Assembly: GCA_951406725.2 (NCBI GenBank)
Contig: OX597819.1
Span: 16,306,001-16,370,000, forward strand
Source of the DNA: Octopus vulgaris
Lineage: Eukaryota
Reading direction: 5' to 3'
DNA: 64,000 nucleotides
The notes beneath the pieces were generated by a model, which saw nothing but the letters and a program-made list of their open reading frames with translations, made no database searches and was not told the DNA's origin. The stretch's first letter is position 1, and the number at the start of each line of letters is the position of its first letter. Shown one piece after another: positions 26,974 through 41,749 of this stretch. Position numbers and translations under genes: made by a program.

Positions 26974-29572
26974 TTTCTTATAGGTGATTTCAACTTCCCC
27001 AACATCAAATGGCCCGAAGGTCACATACTCTCGGGAATGAATCATTGCAAGCAAGTACAGGTGGAGTCCCTGCTCAACCTCACCAATGCCTTATTCATGG
27101 AGCAAGTTTACTGAAGCCAACTAGGGCGAATAACATTCTGGATCTCTGCTTCACGAACAATATGGACATCATTCATGATGCGAAAGTGACACCGACATCA
27201 GTTTCGGATCACAACATAATAGAGCTGTCTATGTTTGGGCCAAAAGTAACCAGAGACATACAGCCGAAATCTCATACAGCCGAAGCACCTGAAATCTCTC
27301 CAATCTGAACTTCCACAAAGCAGATTGGAAATCGATCCAAAAAGAGATCCTCAGAGAGGACTGGCCGGAATATCTCTCCACACCAGACATTGACATGAAA
27401 CTAGAATGTTTCATGTCTTCTGTGCAAGCCGTATGCCAGAAATATGTCCCAGAGCACAAGGCCAAAACAAATAGGAGCAAGATTCCAAGAGACAGGAAGA
27501 TCCTCATGAGACGACGGACGAAGGTTGCAAATCGTCTCAACCAGCATCTCAAAAGTAGCGAAACGTCCCGCCTAAAAACAACACTGATGGAGATAGAAAA
27601 AAGGCTGCAACAATCCTATGTGAAGGAGAAAGCAGACAAAGAAGCCTGGGTTATAAAAAATATTAAATTCAACACAAAGGCCTTCTTTCATTACGCGAAA
27701 GAAACAGTCTCAGTGCACTACAAGATAGGACCCCTCCTCCAAAAGGATGGCTCCCTCACAGACAGTCCAACTAAGATCAGTGAGATGCCGAATGACCAGT
27801 TCAAAAGTGTCTTTACCACCCCGTTGGAACACAGACAAGTGAACGAACCAGTGGACTTCTTTGCCGCCTCACCTATAACTAGCGAGGCGGTTACAATAGA
27901 ATGTATTGACATTAGCGAAAAAGATGTCCTACTAGCCATAGATGAAGTGGACACAAACTCAGCTGCTGGTCCAGATGGTTTCCCAGCCATCCTCCTCAAA
28001 GCGTGTAAGCATGCCCTGGCAAAACCCCTCAAGATTCTCTTCCAGAGCTTTCTTGCGAATGGCAAACTGCCAAGCAAGCTGAAGGAGGGAATAATATGCC
28101 CAATACATAAAGGGGGAAGTAGAGCAGATGCCAAAAACTATAGGCCTATCTCTCTGACTTCACACATCAGCAAAGTCATGGAACGGATAGTCAGAAAGAA
28201 ACTAATCGCATTCCTTGAGGAAAATAACTTGTTGAGTGATACCCAGCATGGTTTTCGACCAGGTAGGAGCTGCCTGACCCAGCTCTTACATCATTTATGA
28301 CTGGGTGTTGAGGCAGTTACTCAACAAATCAAATGTGGACGTAATCTACCTTGATTTTGCAAAAGCTTTTGACAAGGTGGATCATGGTATGATATGCCAC
28401 AAACTGCGTGACCCCGGCATAGCTGGAAAACTTGGATAGGAGTCAGGCAGCAGTGGTTAATGGAGCCACCTCTATGAACACACAAATAGTGAGCGGTGTT
28501 CCACAGGGCACTGTCTTGGGACAATTGCTTTTTATAGTGGCCCTCTCAGATATGCCCTCAAATGCCCGGATAGCCACTCTGGCCAGCTATGCAGACGATA
28601 CGAAAGTCTCGCAGAAAATGCAGAACCCCAGCTATGTTGCACACCTACAGCAGGAGTTGGACTCAATCTACAGATGGGCTGAGGATAATAATATGCAGTT
28701 TAATGCTGAAAAATTCCAGGCCCTGCACTACCAGCATCCAAAACTGAATATTAAACTTACAGGATACACCGGTCCACAGGGAATTTCAATCCCAGCGCCT
28801 AAGTCTGTGAGGGACCTGGGTATTGACATGAGTGATGATACCTCTTTCCAAGTGCACATTACCAGGATGGCGACAAAGTGCAGACGACTGGCTGGGTGGA
28901 TCCTAAGAACATTCAGAACCAGAGATAAGGAAACCATGATGGTCCTCTGGCGGACATTCGTCCTCAGCCGCCTGGATTACTGCTCACAGCTATGGTCACC
29001 CACCAGTGTAAAATTAATAGCGGACCTTGAAGCAATCCAGAGAAGATTCACAAAGAAGATCGTCTCTTTGCAACAGCTCAGCTACTGAGAAAGGTTGAAA
29101 CAGCTAAGACTCTACTCCCTGGAGAGAAGACGGGAGAGGTATGCAGTAATATATGTATGGAAGATCCTGGAAGGAATTGTGCCAAATTTTGGCATTGTAA
29201 GCTACACCAATGCTAGAACGGGACGACACTGCATAGTGCCAAAGACCCCAGCAATGCCATCACGCTTCAGGACCAGCTTCTGCAACAGCCTGGGTTTCAA
29301 GGGCCCACAGCTTTTTAATATTCTCCCAAAGAGTCTGAGGAACTTGCACAAAGTAGATGTAGCGGTTTTTAAATCAAAGCTGGACATCTTCCTGTCGAGA
29401 GTCCCAGATGAACCAACCTCACGGCAAGAGGTGCAAACGAGAGTAGCTATATCAAACTCCATTCTTCACCAAGTGCCACATATTAGACGAGATTCTTCGC
29501 AATAACAGTGTAGCACAAAACGGCGGTGCATCAGCATGGCCGCAGCTCTGAGCTGAAACTAGAGAAAAAAAA
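26974..29572 (+). mobile_element. 5'-truncated CR1-group LINE (partial APE endonuclease plus RT), pseudogenised
   Basis: GDFNFP, SDHN, AGPDGFP, NYRPISLTS, QHGFRPGRSC, GVPQGTVLG, YADDTK and [10 protein letters not shown] motifs, split by frameshifts and stops. 3' UTR hairpin and A tail present. Confidence 0.93.
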
Positions 29573-29624
29573 GACATGTATATATATACATGTATATATA
29601 TAAATATATATATATATACACATG

Positions 29625-29716
<92 letters not shown>

Positions 29717-29831
29717 TGTATGTATATATATATACATGTATGTATACATATATATATATATATATATGTATACATATATATGTATGTATATGTATATATA
29801 TATGTATATGTATATATATGTATATGTATAT

Positions 29832-30240
29832 ACTCTTTTACTCCTTTACTTGTTTCAGTCATTTGACTGCGGCCATGCTGGAGCACCGCCTTTAATCGAG
29901 CAACCCGACCCCGGTACTTATTCTTTGTAAGCCCAGTACTTATTCTATCGGTCTCTTTTGCCGAACCGCTAAGTAACGGGGACATAAACACACCAGCATC
30001 GGTTGTCATGCAATGCTAGGGGGACAAACACAGACACACAAACACTTACACACACATACATATATATATATATATACGACAGGCTTCTTTTCAGTTTCCG
30101 TCTACCAAATCCACTCACAAGGCTTTGGTCGGCCCGGGGCTATAGCAGAAGACACATGCCCAAGATGCCACGCAGTGGGACTGAACCCGGAACCATGTGG
30201 TTGGTAAGGAAGCTACTTACCACACAGCCACTCCTGCGCC
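29832..30240 (-). mobile_element. Full-length tRNA/CORE-type SINE with CR1-derived tail
   Basis: Minus strand ggcgcaggagtggctgtgtggtaag head, gggttcagtccc B box, ttgggcatgtgtcttc CORE-like segment, tail ggcggtgctccagcatggccgcagtcaaatgactgaaac. Confidence 0.9.
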
Positions 30241-30244
30241 TATG

Positions 30245-30310
<66 letters not shown>

Positions 30311-30415
30311 TACATATATATGTATATATATATATGTATTATATGTGTATATATATATTTGTATTATATGTGTATATATATATATGTATTATATGTATAT
30401 ATATATATGTATATG

Positions 30416-30451
<36 letters not shown>

Positions 30452-30722
30452 CACACGCACGCACTCACACGTACGCACTCACACGTATATATAGATATAA
30501 ATGGTGTTTGGTTTGTATGATCCTTAATGTTCTGGTTTAATAAACCTTCGGATGACACTTGGTCATCCCACACATATATGTGTTTGGAATCTTTGCGTTG
30601 GAATTTGGAAGATCAAATGTCATTTAATAACGCAATAGAGTGTTCCCCATGAATAGTCGTCTTGGTTAAGCATCCAATTACATTTTAACGTCCAATACGG
30701 AAATTTCAAATAACCCCTATAA

Positions 30723-30801
<79 letters not shown>

Positions 30802-30896
30802 TATATAAGGAGAGTTTACGAAAAAAACAAAAGACAAAAACAGGTGGTGTACAAAACAAACAAATGTACTAGTATAACGCTCAGGAATTGAAAAGT

Positions 30897-30932
30897 CTTT
30901 TACATTTCGAGCCTACGCTCTTCTACAGAAAG
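30897..30932 (-). ncRNA. Variant-core hammerhead-like motif, copy 3 (repeat 30808-30975)
   Basis: Minus strand UCUUU-CUGUAGA-A-GAGC(GUAG)GCUC-GAAA-UG-UA-AAAGA. Confidence 0.45.
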
Positions 30933-31048
30933 AGACACAGAAAAAACAAGGAGAGAAAAAAAATGTGTGTCCACAGTACGAAGAGACGACAAAAGGAAAG
31001 ACCAGAAAATACAGGAAAGTTTAGAAAGTATAAAGTATATATACATAC

Positions 31049-31098
<50 letters not shown>

Positions 31099-31324
31099 TT
31101 ATATATATATTTCAAAATCTGTCTTTGAAATGGCGAGACTGTATTTGATAAATGACAATGAAATGAGTAAATTTAACGGTAAATCTTCACAGAACACATC
31201 CCACACTAAACGACTGCACTGTTTTATGTCATAATGTACTTAAGTGCAACGCGATATGCTTAACTTCCTGTCTTCCTCTCTGCCTATCTCTCCCCCTTCT
31301 CCCATCATAAAAAATAACAATCCT

Positions 31325-31699
31325 ATTCACTATTAGCACAAGGCCTGAAATCTTGGGGGCGGGGATTAGTCGATTACTTGGACCCCTGTGCTCTTTTTGG
31401 TGCCTATTTTATCGATTCCGAAAAGATGAATGGCAAAGTTGACCTCAGTGGAATTTGAACTCAGAGCGTAAAATCATACATATTGGTTTTAAATTTTCGT
31501 ACAAGACCAGCTATTTCGGGGGAAGGTCTAAGTAGATTACATCGACCCCAGTGCGTAACTGGTACTTAATTTATCCACCCCGTAATGATGAAAGGCAAAG
31601 TCGACCTCGGCGGAATTTGAACTCAGAACGTAACGGCAGACGAAATACGGCTAAGCATTCCGCCCGGTGTGCTAACCATTCTGCCAGCTCGCCACCTTA
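31325..31699 (-). mobile_element. Two adjacent MetaSINE copies (31325-31470 partial; 31488-31699 full)
   Basis: Reverse complements of the Meta domain (gatgaaaggcaaagtcgacctcggcggaatttgaactcag). Confidence 0.85.
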
Positions 31700-31861
31700 A
31701 TTATAGTAGTAATAATAATAATAATAATGACAACATAATCTGTCGCACCAACCAATAAACCCGTACAATATGGTTGCTAGACCTGCTAGAAATAATGATC
31801 GAATATTTTCCAAATTGTATCTATGTAGTCGAATATACTTCAGATTTACCAATCAATCAAT

Positions 31862-31909
<48 letters not shown>

Positions 31910-31911
31910 TA

Positions 31912-34900
31912 TATTATTTTATTTATTTTATTTTATCTAGTTTCAGCTCACGAGCTGTGGCCATGCTGGGGCACCGCCATTTGGTGTTGCTACATGATTT
32001 TACTTCACGAATGCTTTTTAGCAATTGCCATTTGGTGCATGAGAGAGTTCGATGCAACTGCCCTCATCTGCACCTCCTGCCGTGAAGTTGGTTCATCTGG
32101 GACACCTGACAGGAAGAGATCCAGTTTTATTTTAAAGACATCTGCATCCACCCCATGCAGGTCTCTCAGGTTCTTCGGGAGGATATTGAAGAGCTGTGGG
32201 CCTCTGAAGCCCAGGCTATCACAGTATCTTGTCCTACATCTTGATGGCAAATTTAGAGTCCTTGGCACTATGCAGTGACGCCCAGTTCTAGTATTTGTGT
32301 AACTCTCGATGCCAAAGTTTGGGACAAGTCCTTCTAGGATCTTCCAGATGTATATTATGGCATATCTTTCTCGCCTACGCTCTAAGGAATAGAGTCTCAG
32401 TCTCTTGAGTCTTTCCCAATAGCTTATATGCTGCACAGAGGCTATCTTCTTCGTGTAGCTTCGTTGGATCGCCTCAAGTTCTGTGATTAACTTGACACTG
32501 GATGGTGACCATAGCTGAGAGCAATAGTCAAAGTGGCTTAGGACAAGTGTCGTCCAGAGGACCATCATGGTTTCCTGGTCTCTTGTTCTAAAGGTTTTAA
32601 GAATCCATCCGGTCAGCCGCCTACATTTCATTGCCAATTTAGCAACATGCACATGAAAGGTTGCATCATCACTCATGTAAATACCCAGGTCTTGCACTGA
32701 TTGTGCCTCTGGGATTGCAATCCCTCCAGGTCCAGTGTATTTATTGGGTATTGCATTTAGTTTTGCATGCTGATAGCATAAAGCTTGAAACTTTTCAGCA
32801 TTGAACTGCATGCTATTCTTTTCAGCCCACTTGTTTATTTTGTTCAGCTCACATTGCAGGTGCATAGTGTCTTCAGGGTTCTGTATTGCCTGTGAAACTT
32901 TTGTATCATCTGCATAACTTGTGATCGTGGCTCTCTGCGTGGCTGAGGGCATGTCTGAGAGGGCCATTATGAACAGTAGTGGTCCCAAAACAGTGCCTTG
33001 CGGAACACCGCTCACTATTTGCGTGTTAATGGCTACTATCACCTGGCTTTTATCCTTCAGAAAGTCATGAAGCCATTCTCCCAATTTTCCAACTATGCCA
33101 AGATCACGCAATTTGTGACATATCATTCCATGATCGACTTTATCAAAGGCCTTTGCAAAGTCGAGATATATGACTTCCACATTTGAGTGGTTGAGCAGTC
33201 GTTTCAGCACCCAGTCATAGTGTTGTAGGAGCTGAGTTAGGCAGCTTCTTCCTGGTTGGAAACCATGTTGGGTGTCAAGCAGCAAGTCATTTTCTTCAAG
33301 GAAGGTGATTAGTTTCCTTTTGACTATTCGTTCCATGACCTTGCTGATGTGTGAGGTCAGAGAGATAGGTCTGTAGTTCTTGGCCTCCGCTCTGCTACCT
33401 CCTTTATGAATAGGACATATTTTACCTTCCTTTAGTTTTCTTGGAAGTTTGCCAGTTGCAAGGAAGCTCTGAAAGATGAACTGCAGTGGTCTTGCTAGGA
33501 CTCTCTTACATACTTTTAGAAGGATTGCTGGGAATCCATCGGGGCCAGTAGCTGAGTTTGTTTTCATTTCATCTATAGCCTTTATTACATCGTCTTCCTT
33601 TATATTGATGTAATCAATCATCGCTGCCTCTGATATCTGCAGTGGTAAAGAAGTCAGTTGGATTGCTGACTTGAAAATGCCCTAGGGGTGGAGTGAAAAT
33701 ACTCTTGAATTGCTCATTCAGTATTTCACTTATCCTCATTGGATTTCCTGTGAGTGTGCCATCCTTTTCAAGAAGTGGCCCTATCCTACAGTGTACCGTA
33801 GCGGTTTCTTTGGCATACCTGTAGAAAGCTCTGGGGTTAGATTTTATGTTATCTATAGCCCAGGCTTCTTTGTCTGCTCTTTCTTTTTCATGGGAGAGTT
33901 GCAGACATTTTTCAATTTCCAACAGTTTTATTTTCAGGCGGGCCTTTTCACTGCTTTCAATTTGTTTGTTTAGGCAATTTGAAACTTTTGTACGCCGTCT
34001 CATTAGAATTTTTCTCTCTCTGGGGATTTTGTTCTTGTATACGGTGGCCTTTATCTCTGGGACATATTTGTAGCACATGGCTTGCATTACAGACATGAAT
34101 TGTTGAAGTTTCATGTCGATGTCTGACGAGGAGAGACATTCAGGCCAGTTTTGTTTGAGGATCTCTTTCTCAATTTGTTTCCAGTTTGCCTAATGGAAGT
34201 TCAAGCTGGAAAGATTCTGAGAGTTTCTTGTAGACTGCATGTCCATGCTTTCCTTTGGCCCGTACATGGTCAGCTCTATCATGTTGTGATCCGAGAGTAG
34301 TGTCGGTGTCCTTTTCACTTTATGGATGAGATCCATATTATTTGTGAAGCAGAGATCCAGTATGTTACCTGCCCTGGTTGGTTGGAGTATTATTTGCTCC
34401 ATGTACAGAGTGTTGATGAGGCTCAGGAGGGACCTCGCTTGTCCTCGTTCGCATCGTGTCATTCCTGGGAGAGAAAGGCCCTCGGGCCATCTGACATTGG
34501 GCAGATTGAAGTCTCCCATAAGAAGTACACTTACGTGTTGTTCTAGTGTGACTAGAACTTCTATTTTTATAAGGCAATCTTCAAACTTGCCTACATGGCT
34601 TGGAGCATCTGGAGGGCGATATGTAGCACATATAACTACACCAAGTTGCCTTATATGTACAATTAGTGTGTCATACACCGAATTTGAGTATGACAAAAGG
34701 ACCTGGGGTGTGAGGTCCTCGCGGATGTACATAGCAACTCTTTCATGACTCCTTTCTTTTCTGTCGGTCCGTAGTACAACATACTGTGGTATGTGTATTT
34801 CCACATCTGCTGTGTCCGGTTTCAGGTGTGTTTCCGTAAGTGCTATGCATAAGGCTTGATTGCATGCAACAAGGTCTCTCAAGAAAGGGATTTTTGTCCT

Positions 34901-35215
34901 GTTACTGAGTGCTAGCAGTCCTCTGATGTTCAGTAGGAGCATCGAGGTGATGTGTGTGCTGTTGCCAGTGGTGTCCACCTTGGGTCTATTTGCTGTGGCG
35001 GTCTTGTGTATTGTGGATAGTCCCATCTACGAGTTTGAGTTTGATGGAGCCAGGTTAGCTGCTGTACAATCTTTTGTGCCATGCACAAAAAAGATTCTTG
35101 TTCAGCAGCTGCCCTTTCAATAACATGTTGGTGGTTTGTAGCACGCACTACATCTGCGTACCTCCGTTTTGGGGCAGGTGGTGCGTGGTCCATTCCTTTT
35201 CCTTTGGTAGTTGGT
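31912..35215 (-). mobile_element. CR1-group LINE with nearly complete ORF2 (APE endonuclease plus RT) and the 3' end of ORF1
   Basis: ORF 35026-34190 has LNIRGL, ALTETHL, YRPP, GDFNLP and SDHN. It continues in frame past one stop to 33614, then a frameshift into the RT ORF 33621-32005. Putative ORF1 end at 35193-34930. (TAAAA)n tail. Confidence 0.95.
32005..33621 (-). CDS. LINE reverse transcriptase domain (538 aa open fragment of a disrupted ORF2)
   Basis: YLDFAKAFDKVDH, GVPQGTVLGPLLF, YADDTK and [11 protein letters not shown] motifs. Confidence 0.85.
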   Translation of the reverse strand: MIDYINIKEDDVIKAIDEMKTNSATGPDGFPAILLKVCKRVLARPLQFIFQSFLATGKLPRKLKEGKICPIHKGGSRAEAKNYRPISLTSHISKVMERIVKRKLITFLEENDLLLDTQHGFQPGRSCLTQLLQHYDWVLKRLLNHSNVEVIYLDFAKAFDKVDHGMICHKLRDLGIVGKLGEWLHDFLKDKSQVIVAINTQIVSGVPQGTVLGPLLFIMALSDMPSATQRATITSYADDTKVSQAIQNPEDTMHLQCELNKINKWAEKNSMQFNAEKFQALCYQHAKLNAIPNKYTGPGGIAIPEAQSVQDLGIYMSDDATFHVHVAKLAMKCRRLTGWILKTFRTRDQETMMVLWTTLVLSHFDYCSQLWSPSSVKLITELEAIQRSYTKKIASVQHISYWERLKRLRLYSLERRRERYAIIYIWKILEGLVPNFGIESYTNTRTGRHCIVPRTLNLPSRCRTRYCDSLGFRGPQLFNILPKNLRDLHGVDADVFKIKLDLFLSGVPDEPTSRQEVQMRAVASNSLMHQMAIAKKHS

Positions 35216-35231
35216 TATATATATATATATA

Positions 35232-35457
35232 TTTAAACAACTTATAATTAAGGGCAAAAGATAAAATTCTAATGCCAAATATGCCAAAAATAGACTTAAT
35301 CGGCAATAACCATATAATTTATCACTATAAGCACACGTCTCTTCGAGATGCGTGCTTATAGTGACAAATTATATAGTTATTAACGATTAAGTCTATTTTT
35401 GGCATATTTGGCATTAGAATTTTTCTTTTTTGCCCTTGTTTATAAGTTGTTTATAAA
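35232..35457. repeat. About 225-bp hairpin with a 3-nt loop
   Basis: aaacaacttataa..gggcaaaa..aattctaatgccaaatatgccaaaaatagacttaatcg..tcactataagcacacgtctc TTC gagatgcgtgcttatagtga..cgattaagtctatttttggcatatttggcattagaatt..ttataagttgttt. Confidence 0.9.
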
Positions 35458-35530
35458 TTTAACCTTTAAAGGTACTTTATAATATGCTGGCCATTGATAG
35501 AATTTTTTCGAAAAATTTTATCCTATAGTA

Positions 35531-35571
<41 letters not shown>

Positions 35572-35768
35572 GAGGGTGAAAAATTGATATTAATTTAATA
35601 ATACCATTAATTTAACACCGAGTGGCTTAGCACAAAAAACTACGGAGAAAATACAAATTTATACATAAATTATTAGAGAGTTAACCACTATGTGGATAAC
35701 TCTAGTGCTAAAAATAGCCCCGATAGTATAGCCACAGAAAAGGATGTTTCCAATTAGAAATAACATAC

Positions 35769-36425
<657 letters not shown>

Positions 36426-37461
36426 CCCTCAGCCACGCAGAGAGCCACGATCACAAGTTATGCAGATGATACAAAAGTTTCACAGGCAATACAGAACCCT
36501 GAGGACACTAAACACCTGCAATGTGAGCTGGACGAAATATACAAGTGGGCTGAAAAGAATAGCATGCAGTTCAATGCTGGAAAGTTTCAAGCTTTATACT
36601 ATCAGCATGCAAAACTGAATGCAATACCCAATGAATACACTGGACCCGGAGGGATTGCAATCCCAGAGGCACAATCAGTGCGTGACCTGGGTATTCACAT
36701 GAGTGATGACGCGACCTTTCATGTACATGTTGCTAAACTGACAATGAAATGTAGACGGCTGGCTGGATGGATTCTTAGAACCTTTAGAACAAGAGAACAA
36801 GAAACCATGATGGTCCTCTGGAAGACACTTGTCCTAAGCCACTTTGACTATTGCTCTCAGCTATGGTCACCATCCAGTGTCAAGTTAATCACAGAACTTG
36901 AGGCGATCCAACGAAGCTACACAAAGAAGATAGCCTCTATGCAGAATGTAAGCTACTGGGAAAGACTCAAGAGATTAAAATTATATTCCCTGGAGCGTAG
37001 GCGGGAAAGATATGCCATAATATACATCTGGAAGATCCTGGAGGGAAATGTCCTGAACTTTGGCATCGAGAGTTACGCAAATGCCAGAACTGGGGCCACT
37101 GCGTGGTGCCTAGGACTCCAAACCTGCCATCAAGATGTAGGACAAGATACTGTGATAGCCTGGGCTTCCGAGGCCCACAGCTCTTCAATATCCTCCCGAA
37201 GAACCTGAGAGACCTGCATGGGGTGGATACAGATGTCTTTAAAATGAAGCTGGATCTCTTCCTGTCAGGTGTCCCAGATGAACCAACTTCACGGCAGGAG
37301 GGGCAGATGAGGGCAGCTGCATCAAACTCTCTCATGCACCAAATAGCAGTTGCTAGAAAGCCTCCATGAAGTGAAACCAAGTAGCAACACCAAATGGCGG
37401 TGCCCCAGCATGGCCACAGCTCATAAGCTGGAACTAGAATCAATCAATCAATCAATCAATC
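36426..37461 (+). mobile_element. 5'-truncated CR1-group LINE, same subfamily as 31912-35215
   Basis: Starts [28 protein letters not shown]. Frameshift near 37095. (AATC)n tail. Confidence 0.93.
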
Positions 37462-38888
<1,427 letters not shown>

Positions 38889-39203
38889 CCTTAAATCCTT
38901 AAATCCTTAAAAATGTTTTAGCCCGAAGGCCGCGGCCATGCTGGGGCACCACCGCTGAATGAGCTACACTAGTTTGTGAATCCACCTCTGATACGTGGCA
39001 CTTGATCAACAAGGGAGTTCGATGCTGCTGCCCGCATCCGTGTCTCCTGTCGTGAGGTAGGTTCATCTGGGACTCCCAACAAGAAGAGATCCAGTTTAGT
39101 TTTAAAGAAACCCACATCCACACCATGTAAGTCTCTCAGGCATTTAGGGAGGATGTTAAAGAGCTGTGGTCCTCTGAAACCCAAGCTGTTGCAGTATCTG
39201 GAC

Positions 39204-39206
<3 letters not shown>
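38889..39206 (-). mobile_element. Short 3' fragment of a related CR1-group LINE subfamily
   Basis: [52 protein letters not shown]. (ATTTAAGG)n tail. Confidence 0.9.
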
Positions 39207-39249
<43 letters not shown>

Positions 39250-39440
39250 GTATGTATATATATGTATATATATATATATGTATATATATATATGTATGTA
39301 TATATATATATGTATATATATGTATATATATGTATGTATATATATATATGTATATATATGTATGTATATGTATGTATATATATGTATATATATATATATA
39401 TCTATATATATGTATGTATATATATGTATATATATATATG

Positions 39441-39477
<37 letters not shown>

Positions 39478-39552
39478 GTATATATATGTATGTATATATA
39501 TGTATATATATATATATGTATATATATGTATATATATATATGTATATATATG

Positions 39553-39584
<32 letters not shown>

Positions 39585-40321
39585 TATGTATGTATATATA
39601 TATGTATGTATGTATAGGACGTCTCTTTTTTTCTCAGTCAAAAACTGACTTCACTGCTTCTCTGTTTCTCACCATTTTGCCCTACAGCTCGATATCATAC
39701 ACAAATTGCTCTTTTTCTCTCATTTTCTCTTCCTTTCTTTCTTTGTGTTTTCCCTTTTAAGTGTTCTGTTTTGTTTTCTGATATTCTTCTGACTTTGATA
39801 ATAAGCTTTCTCAAGTTAGCGAGTCTGTCGGCGTCTAACGTTACATCTTTCCTTCCAAATATTATAAGTGTATATTATGATAGCTTCCTTTTGCTTTTTT
39901 TTGTTTTTCGTTTCTTTTCTTTGTTTCTCTTTCTTTGTAGAATATCGTTGTAAAAATATGTATTTAGAATCAAAACAAATTCTTCACATGTCCACTTCTA
40001 CTTTTTCTAATTTATTCCCGAGATTGAGATGTGGAGTCTGGCTTTTTATTTTCTTCGGATCCCTGGTAGATTTTTTTTTCTATTGATGCTCAGTTTCCGT
40101 GCACAATTTTTCGTACTTTTATTCACAAGATAAAAAAATATAAAATTAGAAGCACCGAGCTTAATGATACGTATAATTAGTGTTGTTTGTCATATTTTGT
40201 TACAGGGAAGATAGAAAAAATTTGCTGTGATGTGATTCCACTTGTAAATGGTAAAGTTATAAACCGCGTTTGGCCATGACAATTATCAATTATTTTTATT
40301 CCATAATATTCCTATAATATT

Positions 40322-40445
40322 AGGTTCTGGGTTCAAACGCTGCCAGAGATGCTAAAATAAGTACCGGTTGAGTAGTGAGGTCAAAGTAATCGAACTTTAT
40401 ATCTTCTCTGAAAGTGCTGGTACTGTAACAAAATTTGAAACCAAT
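40322..40445 (+). mobile_element. Diverged, internally deleted MetaSINE (short-tail type)
   Basis: gttctgggttcaaa..taaaataagtaccggttgag..aaaatttgaaacca. Confidence 0.6.
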
Positions 40446-41089
40446 AGTTCTATAACATAGCTTTATATTTTAGCATCATGTCTATTGTATCTCCATTTTG
40501 GTATCATCTCAAAAACACATATATTGAGTTTGATATTAATTATATTTATCTTATATATCTTTATTGATATCGTTCTCTTTTATTTTGATATATTTCTGTT
40601 CATCTTTTCTTTGGTTGTGGTGATTAAACTGAACTATATTTAGTTGCTGTTTATAACATACCAAACAACCACTTAGTCCCCGTCATTGTTAATGATGTTG
40701 TTGCTGATGTTAACTACGTAAACAAGTACTTCAGATGTACTGGATACACTCCATCACCAATCTATGTGTGTATTTTACTATGAATGGCAACCAGACTAGT
40801 TTGAGAGGTTTAATCCACCTTATAACTCCAAGCACACTGACTTTGTACAGCTCAAGTACTGCGTTTCATTGTGATTCTCTATGTCTGAGTTTCATTGACT
40901 GTCGATGGGTATCATGGTACAACGATTTTCCACAGCACCTAATTAATGGTTTATCAAAGTGTAGTTCGCAACAGTTTCAAGTATATTTTATATCTTGTGT
41001 TCTCAGATAAGATCGAGTGAAGTTCGTTCTTTTATTAGAATCCATTGGTAAATTAAGTGAAACCAGGAGACTTGCTGTCCAATTATTCA

Positions 41090-41400
41090 GCTGGTAGAAT
41101 CGTAAGCTCGTCGCGAGAAATGCCTTGCGGTATTTCTGGCTCTCTACGATTTCTTTACGTTCTCCCTTAAAACTGATAGCTTTGTACCAAGGCGGCAATC
41201 TAGCAGAATCGTTAGCACCCTGACCAAAATATATAAACGGCATTTCGTCTGTTTTTACTTTCTGAGTTCAAATTCTGCCGAGGTCGACTTTGCCTTTCAT
41301 CCTTTCGCGAGCGATAAAATAATTACCAGTTGAGCACTGGAGTCGATGCAGTCCACTTAGCCCCTCCTCCGAAATTGCTGGCTTTGTGCCAAAATTTGAA
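41090..41400 (+). mobile_element. MetaSINE head fragment (41090-41165) and full short-tail MetaSINE (41189-41400)
   Basis: Head, B box, Meta domain and gctttgtgccaaaatttgaa tail. Confidence 0.85.
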
Positions 41401-41749
41401 GCTACTGCTACTGTCCACGTTAGTTTTATTTTGTTTTAAAGAATTGCCGATAGGTTTTAGCAATTGGTTTTGCTAAATTTTATGTCTCATTGTGTTGCGA
41501 AACCGACCACGTCAGCCTAGGTCATGTTGGTCCTTTATTTCTTGCTCTTTAGGAAAAATGATCCCATAAAGAAAATAAAAATCTGAACAATATAAAGTAT
41601 AAACATTGTGTAAGAATTAGTACTTAACCAGAAGGCGTAAAAGGAGGAAATACAAGCGGCGAGGAAATTTGTATCTTTGCTTACACTGAAGGAGGACTTC
41701 CCTCTCTCCCAGCCATCAACATAGTCACGATCACCTCCTACTATCATGG

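Noticed and set aside
23935-27054. Very long Y/I/M/C/H/T-rich ORFs (up to 999 aa), and similar ones in all TA arrays
   Set aside because: Strict purine/pyrimidine alternation cannot form TAA, TAG or TGA, so all six frames are open by composition.
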